Source: a virus
Lineage: Duplodnaviria; Caudoviricetes
IMG/VR virus record: IMGVR_UViG_3300032116_000002
Length of the DNA stretch: 64,000 nt
Direction: 5' to 3' (one strand)
Shown: piece after piece, positions 29,438 through 41,200 of the stretch
Position numbering within the stretch: position 1 is the stretch's first letter
How the letters are laid out: each line of letters opens with the position of its first letter
Notes under the pieces: generated by a model
Databases searched by the model: none
The model's input: the letters and a program-made list of their open reading frames with translations, nothing else
What the model was told of the DNA's origin: nothing
Made by a program: the position numbers and the translations under genes

Positions 29438-32284
29438 TTATGAATTCACTGGGACATTAAAGTTGCCTGTCGCTCTGGTCAAGATTGCTACATTACCAGC
29501 AGATATGCTAACGCTTAACGCATTACCTGTCTGTCTACCAATCGTAAGACCACCTGAACTTTGAGATACCCATGTTAAGTTTCCAGCGCCATCTGTTTTA
29601 AGAAATTGATTAGCAGCACCACCGTAAATCTTAAGATTAGCTACATTGCCTAAACTGACATTAGAGCCTGTAAAACTAACTGCTCCTGAATATGCAGCTA
29701 GATTCAATGCAGATTTTGTGCTACGCCATGAATTAGTTTCCCAAATATATAATGTATCTGTGTATGCGTCAAACGCTAAGTCACCATTTGTGTTATCAAC
29801 TAAAGGTAAGTAACTTACATCTTCAACTACCATGACTGTAGGAACAACCGCGACGCCACTCGGGGCTATTAATGTAGCTGTACCGGCTACTTCTTGAATT
29901 TTATTTTTAAAGCTTGGTGTGTTCTCAACATATGTTGCTAAGTCCTGAGGTACGAATTGACCTGAAGAAGCATCATATACAAGACACATCTGATTGACCA
30001 TACTTGGTATTGGTCTTATCTCTACTGGTGTCTTATGTCCTTCTTTACCGTGCTGAAAATAAAGCACCGGATTACCGTTAATATTGGTTTCTACAGCTAA
30101 ATTTTTAATTGTGATAGCACCACGCATACCTGAATGATGACCACATTGATAGAATAATGTGTCAGGCGCATTATTTGCTACAGTAAATGTTAGAACATTA
30201 GCACCCGAAGCACCATTACCTCTAGAACCAGTAATACCAGTGGTATATTCTCCTACATACTGATTAGCGACGAATCCAGTGCCATTATCAGTTGTAATAT
30301 AGAATGGATGATTTGATAATGAAGTATCTAGATTAAATGTATAAGTTGCGCCGCGATATAATGGTCCTATGTTTCTGTTTTCACCGACACCACTTCCACT
30401 AATACTAAATGCACTACTGCCATTTGCAGCAACGTTGTACGTTACGTTGCTTGGTAGATTTAATGTTGGTATTGTTATATTCGCTGGAACCGAAATATTT
30501 AATCGTTGAACTGTGGTGTTAGCACCACCATTGATATCAGGGTGACTGAATGTTACGTTACCTGCATTTACAGCCCAACTTACTAAATTATCTAGACCTG
30601 CACCATCTACCCATTTAAGATATAATCCATGTCTTTGATCCAAATTGCCATGTATTTCATTAGCAAAGTTGTTGACTTGGTAAGTTCCTTGTCTGTATAA
30701 AGGAACTTGTATCTGTTGTTGATTAGTAATACTAGTTCTGGCATATGGCAATGAACTCTGAGTCCATGTCCATAACCAATGTATGTCATTACCAGGACCT
30801 GATCCATTTGCATTAATCGTGAGAACTTCAGGTGCAATAGTTAAATTAAATGGTAGTACATCTTCAGACGATAATGCAGTGTTACCTAAATAAATTGTAT
30901 TACCTTCTAAAAATAAATCTTTAAATCTGTTAGTTGAATTACCTAAGCTGTATGTATTACTAACGCTAGGTATTATGTTACCTGACATTGTTAAGCTAGT
31001 TAGATTACCCACGCTCGTAATGTTTGGTTGTGCGTTTGTTGTAACTGTGCCTGAAGTACTTGCACTTGTAATAGTGCCAGGATTGTTAGTTCTAATTTCA
31101 ATTACACTGTTTGCATCAGGAGCTTCTACGAAAGTAACAGTATTCCCTGTTAATGTATAAGCTTCGTTAGGTTGATATGTACTGTCTATGTAAACACTTA
31201 TATATTTTTTTGCTTCAGGAGTCTGATTTAATGTGAAGATAGTCTGTGTTCCATTCGCAACGAATGAATCAAAATACAGATCACCTACTGTAGTTCCTGC
31301 ACTACTACCCCAACTTAAATTACCATTACCGTCTGTTTGTAATATGTATCCGTTACTACCACCTGTAATTTTAACATTGCCTATATTACCTAAATTTGAT
31401 TCACCTGTTACAGTTAAAGTTGTTAAATTACCTACACTTGTAATATTTGGTTGAGCATTAGTGTAAACAGTTCCTGCTATAGCTGCATTATTAACTTGGC
31501 CTGTGACATTTGCGCCAGCAACACTTACTGCTGTTTGTGCTGTGCCTGAATCAGTTGCATATGTTGCATTTGCAACTGCACCACTTACATTAGCACCAGA
31601 TAGTGATGACAATCCTGCACCATTAGCAGAAATTTTATCAACTGTTAATGTTTTTGTACTTGTATTAAAAACTAGATTTGCACTCGCACCTAATGCACCT
31701 GCATTATTATACTGAAGTTCTGTATTTGATCCAGCTGGGTTTGACGAAAAGGTCCAAGGATTACCATTACTATATAAAAGGTTATCTGTCTTTACATTTC
31801 CGATTGCAGCATTTGTGGTTACAGTTAAATTACCTAATGTACCAACACTAGTAATGTTAGGTTGTGCATTTGTATAAACAGTGCCTGCTACTAATGCGTT
31901 ACCTACTTGACCACTAACATTTCCGCCTGATACACTTAGTGCTGTTTGTGCGGTACCTGAATCTACAGCATATGTTGCATTGGCTACGGCACCGGTTACA
32001 TTAGCACCGGATATTGATGACAATCCTGAACCGTTAGCAGATATGTTATCTACAACCAGTGTTTTAGTATCTGCATTAAAAATTAAGTTTGCACTTGAGC
32101 CAAATGATCCACTATTATTAAATTGAATTTGTGTGTTACTGCCGCCGGGCGGTGTAGAAAAAGTATAAGGAACCCCATTTGCATACATCAAGTTATTTGT
32201 TTTGATGTTTGCTACTACAGTACCAAGAACATATTCCTTAGTAACGTCTAAGTTAAAGGGTTGTAATAATTTTGAGTTTTCCAT
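29438..32284 (-). CDS. Fibre protein (948 aa) with cupredoxin-like domain
   Basis: N-terminus LLQPFNLD shared with the 1127 aa gene; C-terminal half shared with the 981 aa gene, including HPF...FYQCGHHSGM. Confidence 0.8.
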   Translation of the reverse strand: MENSKLLQPFNLDVTKEYVLGTVVANIKTNNLMYANGVPYTFSTPPGGSNTQIQFNNSGSFGSSANLIFNADTKTLVVDNISANGSGLSSISGANVTGAVANATYAVDSGTAQTALSVSGGNVSGQVGNALVAGTVYTNAQPNITSVGTLGNLTVTTNAAIGNVKTDNLLYSNGNPWTFSSNPAGSNTELQYNNAGALGASANLVFNTSTKTLTVDKISANGAGLSSLSGANVSGAVANATYATDSGTAQTAVSVAGANVTGQVNNAAIAGTVYTNAQPNITSVGNLTTLTVTGESNLGNIGNVKITGGSNGYILQTDGNGNLSWGSSAGTTVGDLYFDSFVANGTQTIFTLNQTPEAKKYISVYIDSTYQPNEAYTLTGNTVTFVEAPDANSVIEIRTNNPGTITSASTSGTVTTNAQPNITSVGNLTSLTMSGNIIPSVSNTYSLGNSTNRFKDLFLEGNTIYLGNTALSSEDVLPFNLTIAPEVLTINANGSGPGNDIHWLWTWTQSSLPYARTSITNQQQIQVPLYRQGTYQVNNFANEIHGNLDQRHGLYLKWVDGAGLDNLVSWAVNAGNVTFSHPDINGGANTTVQRLNISVPANITIPTLNLPSNVTYNVAANGSSAFSISGSGVGENRNIGPLYRGATYTFNLDTSLSNHPFYITTDNGTGFVANQYVGEYTTGITGSRGNGASGANVLTFTVANNAPDTLFYQCGHHSGMRGAITIKNLAVETNINGNPVLYFQHGKEGHKTPVEIRPIPSMVNQMCLVYDASSGQFVPQDLATYVENTPSFKNKIQEVAGTATLIAPSGVAVVPTVMVVEDVSYLPLVDNTNGDLAFDAYTDTLYIWETNSWRSTKSALNLAAYSGAVSFTGSNVSLGNVANLKIYGGAANQFLKTDGAGNLTWVSQSSGGLTIGRQTGNALSVSISAGNVAILTRATGNFNVPVNS
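29730..31045. repeat. Copy B of the ~1.3 kb direct repeat
   Basis: See copy A at 21790-23110. Confidence 0.85.
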
Positions 32285-32306
32285 TAATTACTTTACTTAA
32301 TTTTTA

Positions 32307-35300
32307 TTATAGTGTAAAATAGGCGCGGGTTGGTACGCTAAAGTTAGTTGTATATCTAGCAATTCTGCTTATTCTAAAATCATCGATATATGCGTTTAAA
32401 TAATTACCTGTAAAATTGCTATTGCTTCCTAGTCTAGGTCTGCTTGCTGTTCCTAAATAATCGGTAGCATCAGTGTACGTAGACCCTTCATTAGCTCCAT
32501 TCACGTACAATTTTGTTGAGCCACTGCTTCTAACTACTGCTACATGGTACCATGTATTAGTCACCATCGTTGTAGTCCCGGTGATTCTATCACTACTATT
32601 TGCAAAATATATTAATTTACTAGATGAGTTCATGTAAATTGTTGGGTACGCACCTTCAAGTGATTCTGGTCTAAAATCAACTATATATTGGAAAGAACCA
32701 ACTGTAACAAAATTAATCCAAAATTCGATAGTAAAATCACCTGTTCCTAGTTGATACTGTGCAGGTATAGGGTATGTACCTGCTACTGGATTTATATAAT
32801 CAGATGTTGCCGAAGTAAATCTTAAAGCATTATTCCCAAATTTAGTATTAACGTTTGTTGTTTTTACAGACCCATTAGTTACAAAATTACTTTTATTTGT
32901 TGCATTTACTATTCCGGCATTGTCAAAACTCAATGCTAGAGTAGTTTGAGGCATAGGGAAAGCGAAAGTATTGCTATTTGTTGTAATTGTTGACGTTGGA
33001 TTCATAGCGGTATAAGGAATTCCAATAGAAGTATATCCTGCCATATATGGATATAAGTTGTTAGGAGACCTTCCTGTACGTAATTCTGAAATGTATCCTG
33101 TCCAATAGTTACTGGCTGCTCCATCGGAATGCGCACCTATACGTATATTATTAGTTGAATTGAATACGGTTGCACCTGCTCCAAACGTTCCGGTGCCCTT
33201 ACGAAGACCGTTTACATACAACGCTAATGTTGTCGTGGTTCTTGCTACAACTACATGGACCCATTGGTTTATAGGAAATGCAGCGGTATCATTAACCGTA
33301 ATACTGTCACTTCCAGTCGTTGAGAATGCTGCTCCCATCTGTCCTGAAGTTACTACACCCACTCCTACTATACATCCTCTATTTGCACTTCCCCATTGAG
33401 ATATAATATAATTAGTTGTTAATGAGGTAGTGGCATATGCCCAAAATTCAATAAAAAAGTTTTCCGTGCCGAACTGCAATGAGGAATTGTCTGTCATTTC
33501 TAAATAACCGGTACCATCAAAGTACGCACTTCCTCCTACTGTTAAGCCTGAATAAGAAACACTTGAAGTTGTCGTTGTAGCTGGTTGAAATGGATTCCAA
33601 GTTGATATTGCTGTGCTTCCATTTGGAGTTCTGGTGAGAAATGATCGTGCTCCTTTATCACTAAACCAAGAATCTTGGCATACATGCAATAGAACTCTAT
33701 TCGTATCAAACGTAGTATTTACGTTTGTGGTGCTTGAATATGCAGAGGCTGATGCTGCTCCTGTTAAAGCTAACGGACCAATTGGCCTTGCAAATGCACC
33801 TGTGTAAACTGCGACGTTATTAGTTATACGTAAGTCACAGATATATCCTACATAATTGTTGTTTGGTGTAGTGTATGCTTGACCAATCCTAACTACTGAT
33901 GTACTACTATAAGATGTAGAATCTGTCCATGTTCCTCTGCTAGTACCATCGATATACATCGTCGTTGTTCCGCTATTTCTAACTAAAGCTACGTGATACC
34001 ATGTATTTGCTGATATAGTTATTGAACTTGTGATTCGTGTACTACCAGAAACAAAATAAATTAATTGATTAGAGGTATTCAAACTAATTACGGGCACAGG
34101 TTCGCTTGCTGCTGCTCTATTTTCTAATATTGCTCTTGTTGTAGAATTAACTACTGTAGGATACATCCAAAATTCTATAGTAAATGGATTACTGCTAAAA
34201 CTCACAGCAGACCCTGCAAATGAGTTATCAAGGAAATCAGTACTACCATTAAAATAAACGCTGTATCCTGTAGGTCTTACTAATTGAGGACTAAATGGAG
34301 AGAAAGGTTGAGTTGACACTCCTATAGTACTAGTAAAACTAGTTCTATTAGGACCATCATCAACAATTCTATTTGATCTAGCTGTTAATAGTACTGTTCC
34401 ACTACTATTAGGAGTTATTAAACCTGTTGGCGGCGTAAAGTTAGCAGTATATTTACCAGTTCCTCTTAAAACATGAAAATCACAAAGCCATCCGCGCATG
34501 TAAAGTGGATTACCTGTACCATCTGCAATACCACCTATTCTTGTGGTACTTCCAAGGCCTGCATAATTTTGAGTATCTGCTGCGCTTGCCACTTGCACTC
34601 CATTAAAAAACATTCTAGTAGTACCACCTGATTTAGAAAATGCGTAATGAGTCCATTTATTTTTATATCCAGTTAATGAAAAGTTTACTACTGCTGCTGA
34701 CATCAATTTGTTTAAGTGTAAGGTGTCGCTAGCATAAAATATCTGCAAGGAATCTTGATCGGAGCCATAAATACCACCAGAAGTTCCTTCCAAATATCCC
34801 CAAAATTCTATCGTAAAATCTGACGAACCAATTTTTAAGTCATCACTAGTAGGCATAATTATTCTTGATGAAGCAGTATTGTTAAAATAATATGAAAAAC
34901 CTGTTTGACCATATGGGCTGAACGATCCTTGTGATACACCACCTGTTCTTGTAAGCGGCCAGTTATTAGATGAACACTCAATAAAACGTCTTGTACCTTC
35001 ATCAGTTCTATTTTGTAATGTTAATAGACTTGTATTTGCAATTGCTGTTAGGGGTGATGTTGGTACAGTAAAGTTTGCAGTGTAGACTGCTGTACCTTTA
35101 ACGATACGCACGTTAGATACATACCCAATTGTTGGAAATGCACCATCATTAAATGCAGCAATACTTAGATTACTTACTGAATCTCCAATTGAAGTAGATG
35201 TTGTTGTTGAATTTACATTTATTCCATTTACAAATAGTGAGAGCGAAGTTCCGTTTCTTACTACGGCCAAATGATTCCATGCATTTTCTATGCATACTCC

Positions 35301-37856
35301 TCCGCTCAGTGTTATATCTCCGGCCGGTGTTCTCGCTGTAAGGGAGAATGCTCCACCTGCAGTCGGACCAACAAATAAATGCCATTGTCCAGATGATAAA
35401 CTAGTAGGCCTGTTTCCGATTATATTATCATGAAATGAATTACCTTTAATACCGCTTCTATAAAAATACAGCTCTATTGTAAAGTCTCCGGTACCAAAAT
35501 CAAAAGCAGCGTTTGCTGGTGCGGTCAAATAATCCCCAGTACCATCAAAATAACCGCTACCTGAAATTACATTAGTATCAAGCCATGGTCCAAAATTACT
35601 AGTGGCTCTAGGAGTCCCTAATTTAGTTACTGAGTAATTATTACCAGATATATCGCTTAAGGTGCCGTCCGCCCTGACTCTTAAATTAAACACAGTATTC
35701 GTAATGTTTGCAAAGGGACTAGCCATTGAACTAATTGCATATCTAGCCGGCCATGCAATACTAGGATCAAATAACGCAGTTCCTTTTAAAATTCTAAGTC
35801 CTGCAATCCAACCATTAAATCTAGTGCCTTGTCCATTACCTAAACTATTATCAGCGATTGCTATAGTACCAGTAAAATTTGTGCCTACCGCAGCATTATT
35901 ATAATTCCATCCATATATCCCATTAACCCAAAAAGTAAAATTGTTCCCTTTTCTGGTTAGTGCTAAATGGGTCCATTGGTTTTTATAAAGACCAATTTGG
36001 GCTCCCCCGAGAGTTGACACAACTGGATTAATGCCGCCGCCGCTGCCCATACCAAGTAACCAATATGCATTACCTCCCAAACCTATTCTAAGTTGACTAC
36101 CTATAGATAGTAGCCATGTATTAGCTTCTATGCCATCTCCACTAGGATCGGTTTCAGGCATTGCCCAAAATTCAATAGTCCAGTCCCCTGTCCCAAATTG
36201 TAGATTTGGGGTATTAGCCGGTAATGTTATGTAGGATGAACCGCCGGGTAGGTATAACACTGTGTTATCACTATAGGGGGTTTTGGCTGAAGGTCTAACG
36301 TCACCTGCGATAGACAATTCAAACTTATTCGTACTTGCATCGGAAATCCAAGTTAATGAATCTGAAGGTGTTGCTATTAAAGCAGCGTTAGTACTAAAAA
36401 ATTGGTCCAATGGTAATATTATTGTCCAATTAAAAGTTCTAGTTGTTGTCCTATTTGAGGTAGCCGATGTTCCTGTCACTAATGATGAGCTATTTGCAAC
36501 TACCGTAGGTGTACCAGATATTGTATTACCAGTTAATGATATTCCTGTAGGTAAAGTATTCGCAGAATAACTTACATTAAATCCTGCAGCACTAGTTGCC
36601 GCTAAAGTAATATTATCCATAGCTTCGTTTTGTATTAAAGTATAATCAGTTGTTGCATTTGCAGGATTACTAAATGTAACTGCATCTTGTTGTACATTAA
36701 CGTATACCGTTCTTGTTTGAGTTCTGTTTGTAGTGTTAGCGGTTGCTGTTAATGTAACGTTAGCGTTACCAACTACAGTTGATGTACCTGCTAATGTATT
36801 ACCTGAAATAGAAACTCCAGTAGGTGCACCACTCTGTGAATATTCAACTCCGAACCCAGCTGCACTTGTAGCTGACAGTGATGTATTTGCGATTGGTGCA
36901 TATTCATATGTAGTAATTACAGACGCATTAGCTGGACTACTCCATGTAACACTATCTTGTTGAACATTAATATATGCTGTCCTATTAGCAGTTTTTGTCG
37001 AGCTAGCTGACGTAGCAGTTAATGTTATGGCAGAATTTCCAACAGTTGTTGTAGTACCAGATAAAGTATTACCTGTTATGCTGATACCGGAAGGTAGATT
37101 AGCTCCGGTATAAGTAATGTTTCCTGAAACTAAGTTTGTTGCAGTTAATGTGGTATTAGCTATGGCTACGGATTCATACGTGGAAATGACTGAATCCGCT
37201 GACGGAGCACTCCAGCTAACAATATCAGGATTAACAGTTAAAGTAAATGAACGAACCACGTCTTGCTTTTCTGCATCTTCTGCTTTTATTGTAAAAGAAT
37301 ATGTTGTGCTACTACCAACTGTAGGACTTGTACCCGAAATTACACCATTGGCATAGAGAGTAGCCCCTGCAGGTAGACTGCCACTCACTAAACTATAAGT
37401 TACAGCAGTATCACTTGAAGCAACTACAGAAGTACTAATTGCCTGTGTTTCGTAATTTGTGCCTATGTTACCTGAAGCTGTTGAAAATGTTGGGATACTT
37501 GAATAATACAATCCAGGAACAAGAATTGCTGTTGTTCCATTGGTGTTGTATACAGCCAATGTATACAATCCACCTGCTCTAGGAATACTTGTAAATGATA
37601 TTTGAGTTGGTCCTAATAGGGTAACAGGACTCACTATCGTACCGTCGACGGTGACTGTTAAGCCTGCCACAAATCCTCCCCCGTTAACTATAACTGTTTG
37701 ACCACCAAGTGGGTCAAGAGCTATATCGTCAGTGCCCGAAATTGTCCAACCTGAGATAGAAGGTTGCGGATCACTTGCTTGAATGAATTGAGATTCATTA
37801 GATACTATTCCAAATCCGTCAGGGGCTCTATCCCCAAGTAATCCACTATTAAACAT
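32307..37856 (-). CDS. Multi-LamG virion protein (1849 aa): TIG-like, about four Ig-like, about 6 LamG
   Basis: LP(A/S/T)G and APTG Ig-like repeats followed by LamG motifs (WTIEFW, FTIELY, FTIEFW, FFIEFW). Confidence 0.85.
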   Translation of the reverse strand: MFNSGLLGDRAPDGFGIVSNESQFIQASDPQPSISGWTISGTDDIALDPLGGQTVIVNGGGFVAGLTVTVDGTIVSPVTLLGPTQISFTSIPRAGGLYTLAVYNTNGTTAILVPGLYYSSIPTFSTASGNIGTNYETQAISTSVVASSDTAVTYSLVSGSLPAGATLYANGVISGTSPTVGSSTTYSFTIKAEDAEKQDVVRSFTLTVNPDIVSWSAPSADSVISTYESVAIANTTLTATNLVSGNITYTGANLPSGISITGNTLSGTTTTVGNSAITLTATSASSTKTANRTAYINVQQDSVTWSSPANASVITTYEYAPIANTSLSATSAAGFGVEYSQSGAPTGVSISGNTLAGTSTVVGNANVTLTATANTTNRTQTRTVYVNVQQDAVTFSNPANATTDYTLIQNEAMDNITLAATSAAGFNVSYSANTLPTGISLTGNTISGTPTVVANSSSLVTGTSATSNRTTTRTFNWTIILPLDQFFSTNAALIATPSDSLTWISDASTNKFELSIAGDVRPSAKTPYSDNTVLYLPGGSSYITLPANTPNLQFGTGDWTIEFWAMPETDPSGDGIEANTWLLSIGSQLRIGLGGNAYWLLGMGSGGGINPVVSTLGGAQIGLYKNQWTHLALTRKGNNFTFWVNGIYGWNYNNAAVGTNFTGTIAIADNSLGNGQGTRFNGWIAGLRILKGTALFDPSIAWPARYAISSMASPFANITNTVFNLRVRADGTLSDISGNNYSVTKLGTPRATSNFGPWLDTNVISGSGYFDGTGDYLTAPANAAFDFGTGDFTIELYFYRSGIKGNSFHDNIIGNRPTSLSSGQWHLFVGPTAGGAFSLTARTPAGDITLSGGVCIENAWNHLAVVRNGTSLSLFVNGINVNSTTTSTSIGDSVSNLSIAAFNDGAFPTIGYVSNVRIVKGTAVYTANFTVPTSPLTAIANTSLLTLQNRTDEGTRRFIECSSNNWPLTRTGGVSQGSFSPYGQTGFSYYFNNTASSRIIMPTSDDLKIGSSDFTIEFWGYLEGTSGGIYGSDQDSLQIFYASDTLHLNKLMSAAVVNFSLTGYKNKWTHYAFSKSGGTTRMFFNGVQVASAADTQNYAGLGSTTRIGGIADGTGNPLYMRGWLCDFHVLRGTGKYTANFTPPTGLITPNSSGTVLLTARSNRIVDDGPNRTSFTSTIGVSTQPFSPFSPQLVRPTGYSVYFNGSTDFLDNSFAGSAVSFSSNPFTIEFWMYPTVVNSTTRAILENRAAASEPVPVISLNTSNQLIYFVSGSTRITSSITISANTWYHVALVRNSGTTTMYIDGTSRGTWTDSTSYSSTSVVRIGQAYTTPNNNYVGYICDLRITNNVAVYTGAFARPIGPLALTGAASASAYSSTTNVNTTFDTNRVLLHVCQDSWFSDKGARSFLTRTPNGSTAISTWNPFQPATTTTSSVSYSGLTVGGSAYFDGTGYLEMTDNSSLQFGTENFFIEFWAYATTSLTTNYIISQWGSANRGCIVGVGVVTSGQMGAAFSTTGSDSITVNDTAAFPINQWVHVVVARTTTTLALYVNGLRKGTGTFGAGATVFNSTNNIRIGAHSDGAASNYWTGYISELRTGRSPNNLYPYMAGYTSIGIPYTAMNPTSTITTNSNTFAFPMPQTTLALSFDNAGIVNATNKSNFVTNGSVKTTNVNTKFGNNALRFTSATSDYINPVAGTYPIPAQYQLGTGDFTIEFWINFVTVGSFQYIVDFRPESLEGAYPTIYMNSSSKLIYFANSSDRITGTTTMVTNTWYHVAVVRSSGSTKLYVNGANEGSTYTDATDYLGTASRPRLGSNSNFTGNYLNAYIDDFRISRIARYTTNFSVPTRAYFTL

Positions 37857-37857
37857 T

Positions 37858-38217
37858 TTATCCTATCTCCTCCCAACTACAAACTGCCTGTAATCTACTA
37901 TTAGCGTTAGATGTCAATCTTAAACTATCTCCCTCTAATAAGTATAAACTTAACGATTTGTCTATTGGAGTAAATGCTGTATTAATACCTATTATAACTT
38001 CGTTACTTAATTTTGTTGCAGAATTAGCTCTATATAAATCTACTGTTATAGTCGCACTATTAGTTGAATCAATATTTGCGATTACTAACATATTAACTCT
38101 ATATACTTTGCCACTAGCAGTACTGTTTGTTACTACGGCAGTTGCGCTTGTAGTAACATTTTGAACTGCGGAATTGCCATACATTGATGACATACTTACT
38201 ATGTTTGGATTTGCCAT
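37858..38217 (-). CDS. Small adaptor-family protein (119 aa, MANPNIV)
   Basis: RVNMLVIAN, LYLLEGD, SWEEIG motifs. Confidence 0.8.
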   Translation of the reverse strand: MANPNIVSMSSMYGNSAVQNVTTSATAVVTNSTASGKVYRVNMLVIANIDSTNSATITVDLYRANSATKLSNEVIIGINTAFTPIDKSLSLYLLEGDSLRLTSNANSRLQAVCSWEEIG

Positions 38218-38226
38218 AATTTTTCC

Positions 38227-41200
38227 TTAAAATCCTAATAAAAAACTCATTGCTCTTAGTCTTCCTGCACTTGCTAATTCAGTAGATGTATTGATGGTCG
38301 TTACTTCTAGTAATGAATTATTAGCAGGTGGACTATCAAATACTAAATTAGCCCCACTTAATGTATAAGAGCTGCGTAGCATTGTTGCTCCGTTGTAATT
38401 AACGGTTATTTGTTTCTCATCACTTGGTGTAACACTTAGAGTAAATGTAGTTTGAACCCCATTTCCTGTAAATGAGTCCTGTGTTATATCTAAAGATGCA
38501 ACTGGATTAGCCCAAACTAAATTTCCAGAGCCGTCTGTTTGTAAAAACTGGCTTGAACTTCCCCCAGTAATATGCAAATTACTAACGCTGCCTAAACTAA
38601 CATTAGCACCAGTGAAACTTACGTTACCACTAACATTTAAACTTGTTAATGTACCAACGCTAGTAATATTAGGTTGTGCATTATTAGTAACCGTATTAGC
38701 CGTCCCTGATGAACTCGCATTAGCTATACCAGTTAATAAACTACCATCACCAACAAAGAAATTAGCTGCGACAGCGTTTCCTAAATTAGCATTTCCTGAT
38801 GTTATATTACCTGTAACATTTAGACTTGTCAACGTACCAACACTGGTTATATTTGGCTGCGCATTTGTATAAACAGTGCTTGCTACAGCAGCATTACCTA
38901 CTTGCCCACTAACATTATATCCTTGAATATTTGATAGTAAATTACCGCTTCCGCTAAAGAAATTAGCTGTAACTAAATTACCTAAATTAGCGTTGCCGGC
39001 AGATAAATTTCCTGTATAATTAGGTAAATAATTAGCTACGTCTGTATTAGTGTACCCAGCAGGTAATCCAGTTAACTGGCTACCGTTTCCTAAGAAGAAG
39101 CCAGCACGTAAATTACCTAATGTATTAAAGGTTACAACTTCATTACTAACACTTACATTACTACCAAAAGCAAATTCTGCATTTGAGTTGTCCCAACCAA
39201 TAAAAGCATCTGTTGCTGTTGATCCTGTATAATAGTGTAATAGCGTACCTCTATCTTTTCCATCATTACTTGTTAGTACTGCACCGTTGGCTCCGCTACC
39301 TAACTCAAACAATGGATCAACAATTTGCGTAGTAGTTGAATTAACAGTTGTAGTTGTACCTGATACAGTTAAGTTACCTGATATAACCGCATCTACTGCT
39401 GTCAACGTTGCATTGCTTTGTATATTACCTGCAACTAAATTTCCTGTAACGCTTAAACTTGTTAATGTGCCAACGCTAGTAATATTAGGTTGTGCATTTG
39501 TGTATACGGTACCAGCTACTAATGCATTACCTACTTGTCCTGAAACATTAGCACCGGCTACACTATTTGATGTCGCTGCAAATGCAACTTCACCTGATAC
39601 ATTAGAACCTGATACGAAATATGCAGTTCCAGCAAAAACTGAATAATTTGCGTTTGCAACTGTACCAGTTACGTTAGCACCTGTAATGCTTGTTAATAAA
39701 CTACCATTACCTGTAAAGAAATTAGCAGTAACTAAATTACCTAAATTAGCATTACCTGCTGACACATTACCTGTAATATCTAAACTTGTTAGCGTACCAA
39801 CACTAGTAATATTGGGCTGTGCATTTGTGTATACTGTGCCTGCTACTAAACTGTTGCCTACTTGCCCACTGACATTAGCGCCAGCAACACTGTTTGCAGT
39901 AGTCGCATAAGCTACAGCACCAGAAACATTGCTTCCACTTACACTGTATGATGTACCTGATGTTACTGCATAAGTTGCGTTTGCAACTGTACCTGTTACG
40001 TTTGCACCAGCAACAGTGTTTGCTACATCTGCGACGTTTGCATGATTTGCACCTGCAACATCACCTGAAACATTTGCACCACTTACGCTGTATGCAGTGT
40101 TCGCAACGTTAGCATTAGGTACAAATCCATTAACATTTGCACCAGTGATAAAAGTTAGTCCTACACCATTTGCAACTAGATTATCAACGGTTAATGTTTT
40201 AGTTGTTACATCAAATGTTAAATTAGCACTTGCACCTAAATTTGTACCATCATTATATTGAATTTGTGTGTTACTACCGGAAACATTGGCATTACCAGTA
40301 CCACTAGTAATTGATGTCCAACTTAAATTGCCTGCGCCATCTGTTTTTAACACATAATTTGCAGTACCGCCGGCAATTTTTAAATTACTTACATTACCTA
40401 AGCTTACATTTGCACCGGTAAAACTAACGTTACCACTTACATCTAAACTAGTTAATGTACCTATGCTGGTAATATTTGGTTGAGAGTTAGTGTATACTGT
40501 ACCTGCCACAAGTGCGTTACCTACTTGACCAGTTACATTACTACCACTTACACTGTTTGCTACATCTGCAACATTAGCATGGTTAGCACCTGCAACATCA
40601 CCTGATACATTAGCGCCACTTACGCTATAAGCTGTATTCGCAACATTTGCATTTGCTACAAAACCAGTAACGTTTGCGCCGGCTACACTGTTTGCTGAGT
40701 CAGCTACGTTTGCATGATTAGCGCCACTTACATCACCTGATACATTAGCACCACTGACACTATAAGCTGTATTTGCTACATTAGCGTTTGGAACAAATCC
40801 AGTTACGTTTGCTCCTGCTATGCTTGTTAATCCACTACCATTACCAAAGTAAACACCTGCTCTTAAATTACCTAATGTGTTGAAAGTTACAACTTCTGAA
40901 CTTACACTGACATTACTGCCAAATGCAAATTCAGCATTGGAGTTGTCCCAACCCATAAATGCATCAATAACACCGCCTGAATAATAATGTAGTAATTGAC
41001 CTCTATCTTTGCCGTCATTTGTTGTTAGTGCGCCTGATACTTCTCCGCCCTGTTCTATTATAGGATCTTTAACAATAATAGAGGATACATTTGCTGTAAT
41101 AGTAGTTCCACTTACAGTTAAATTACCTGTGACAGTAGCATCACCTGATGCTAATGCACCAGTCACTGTTAAACTTGTAAGAGTTCCTACACTAGTAATA

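Noticed and set aside
21790-31045. Possible diversity-generating retroelement (repeat pair in fibre genes)
   Set aside because: No reverse transcriptase is in the window, both copies are in-frame coding, and the differences seen are mostly synonymous rather than adenine-specific. A DGR elsewhere in the genome cannot be excluded.
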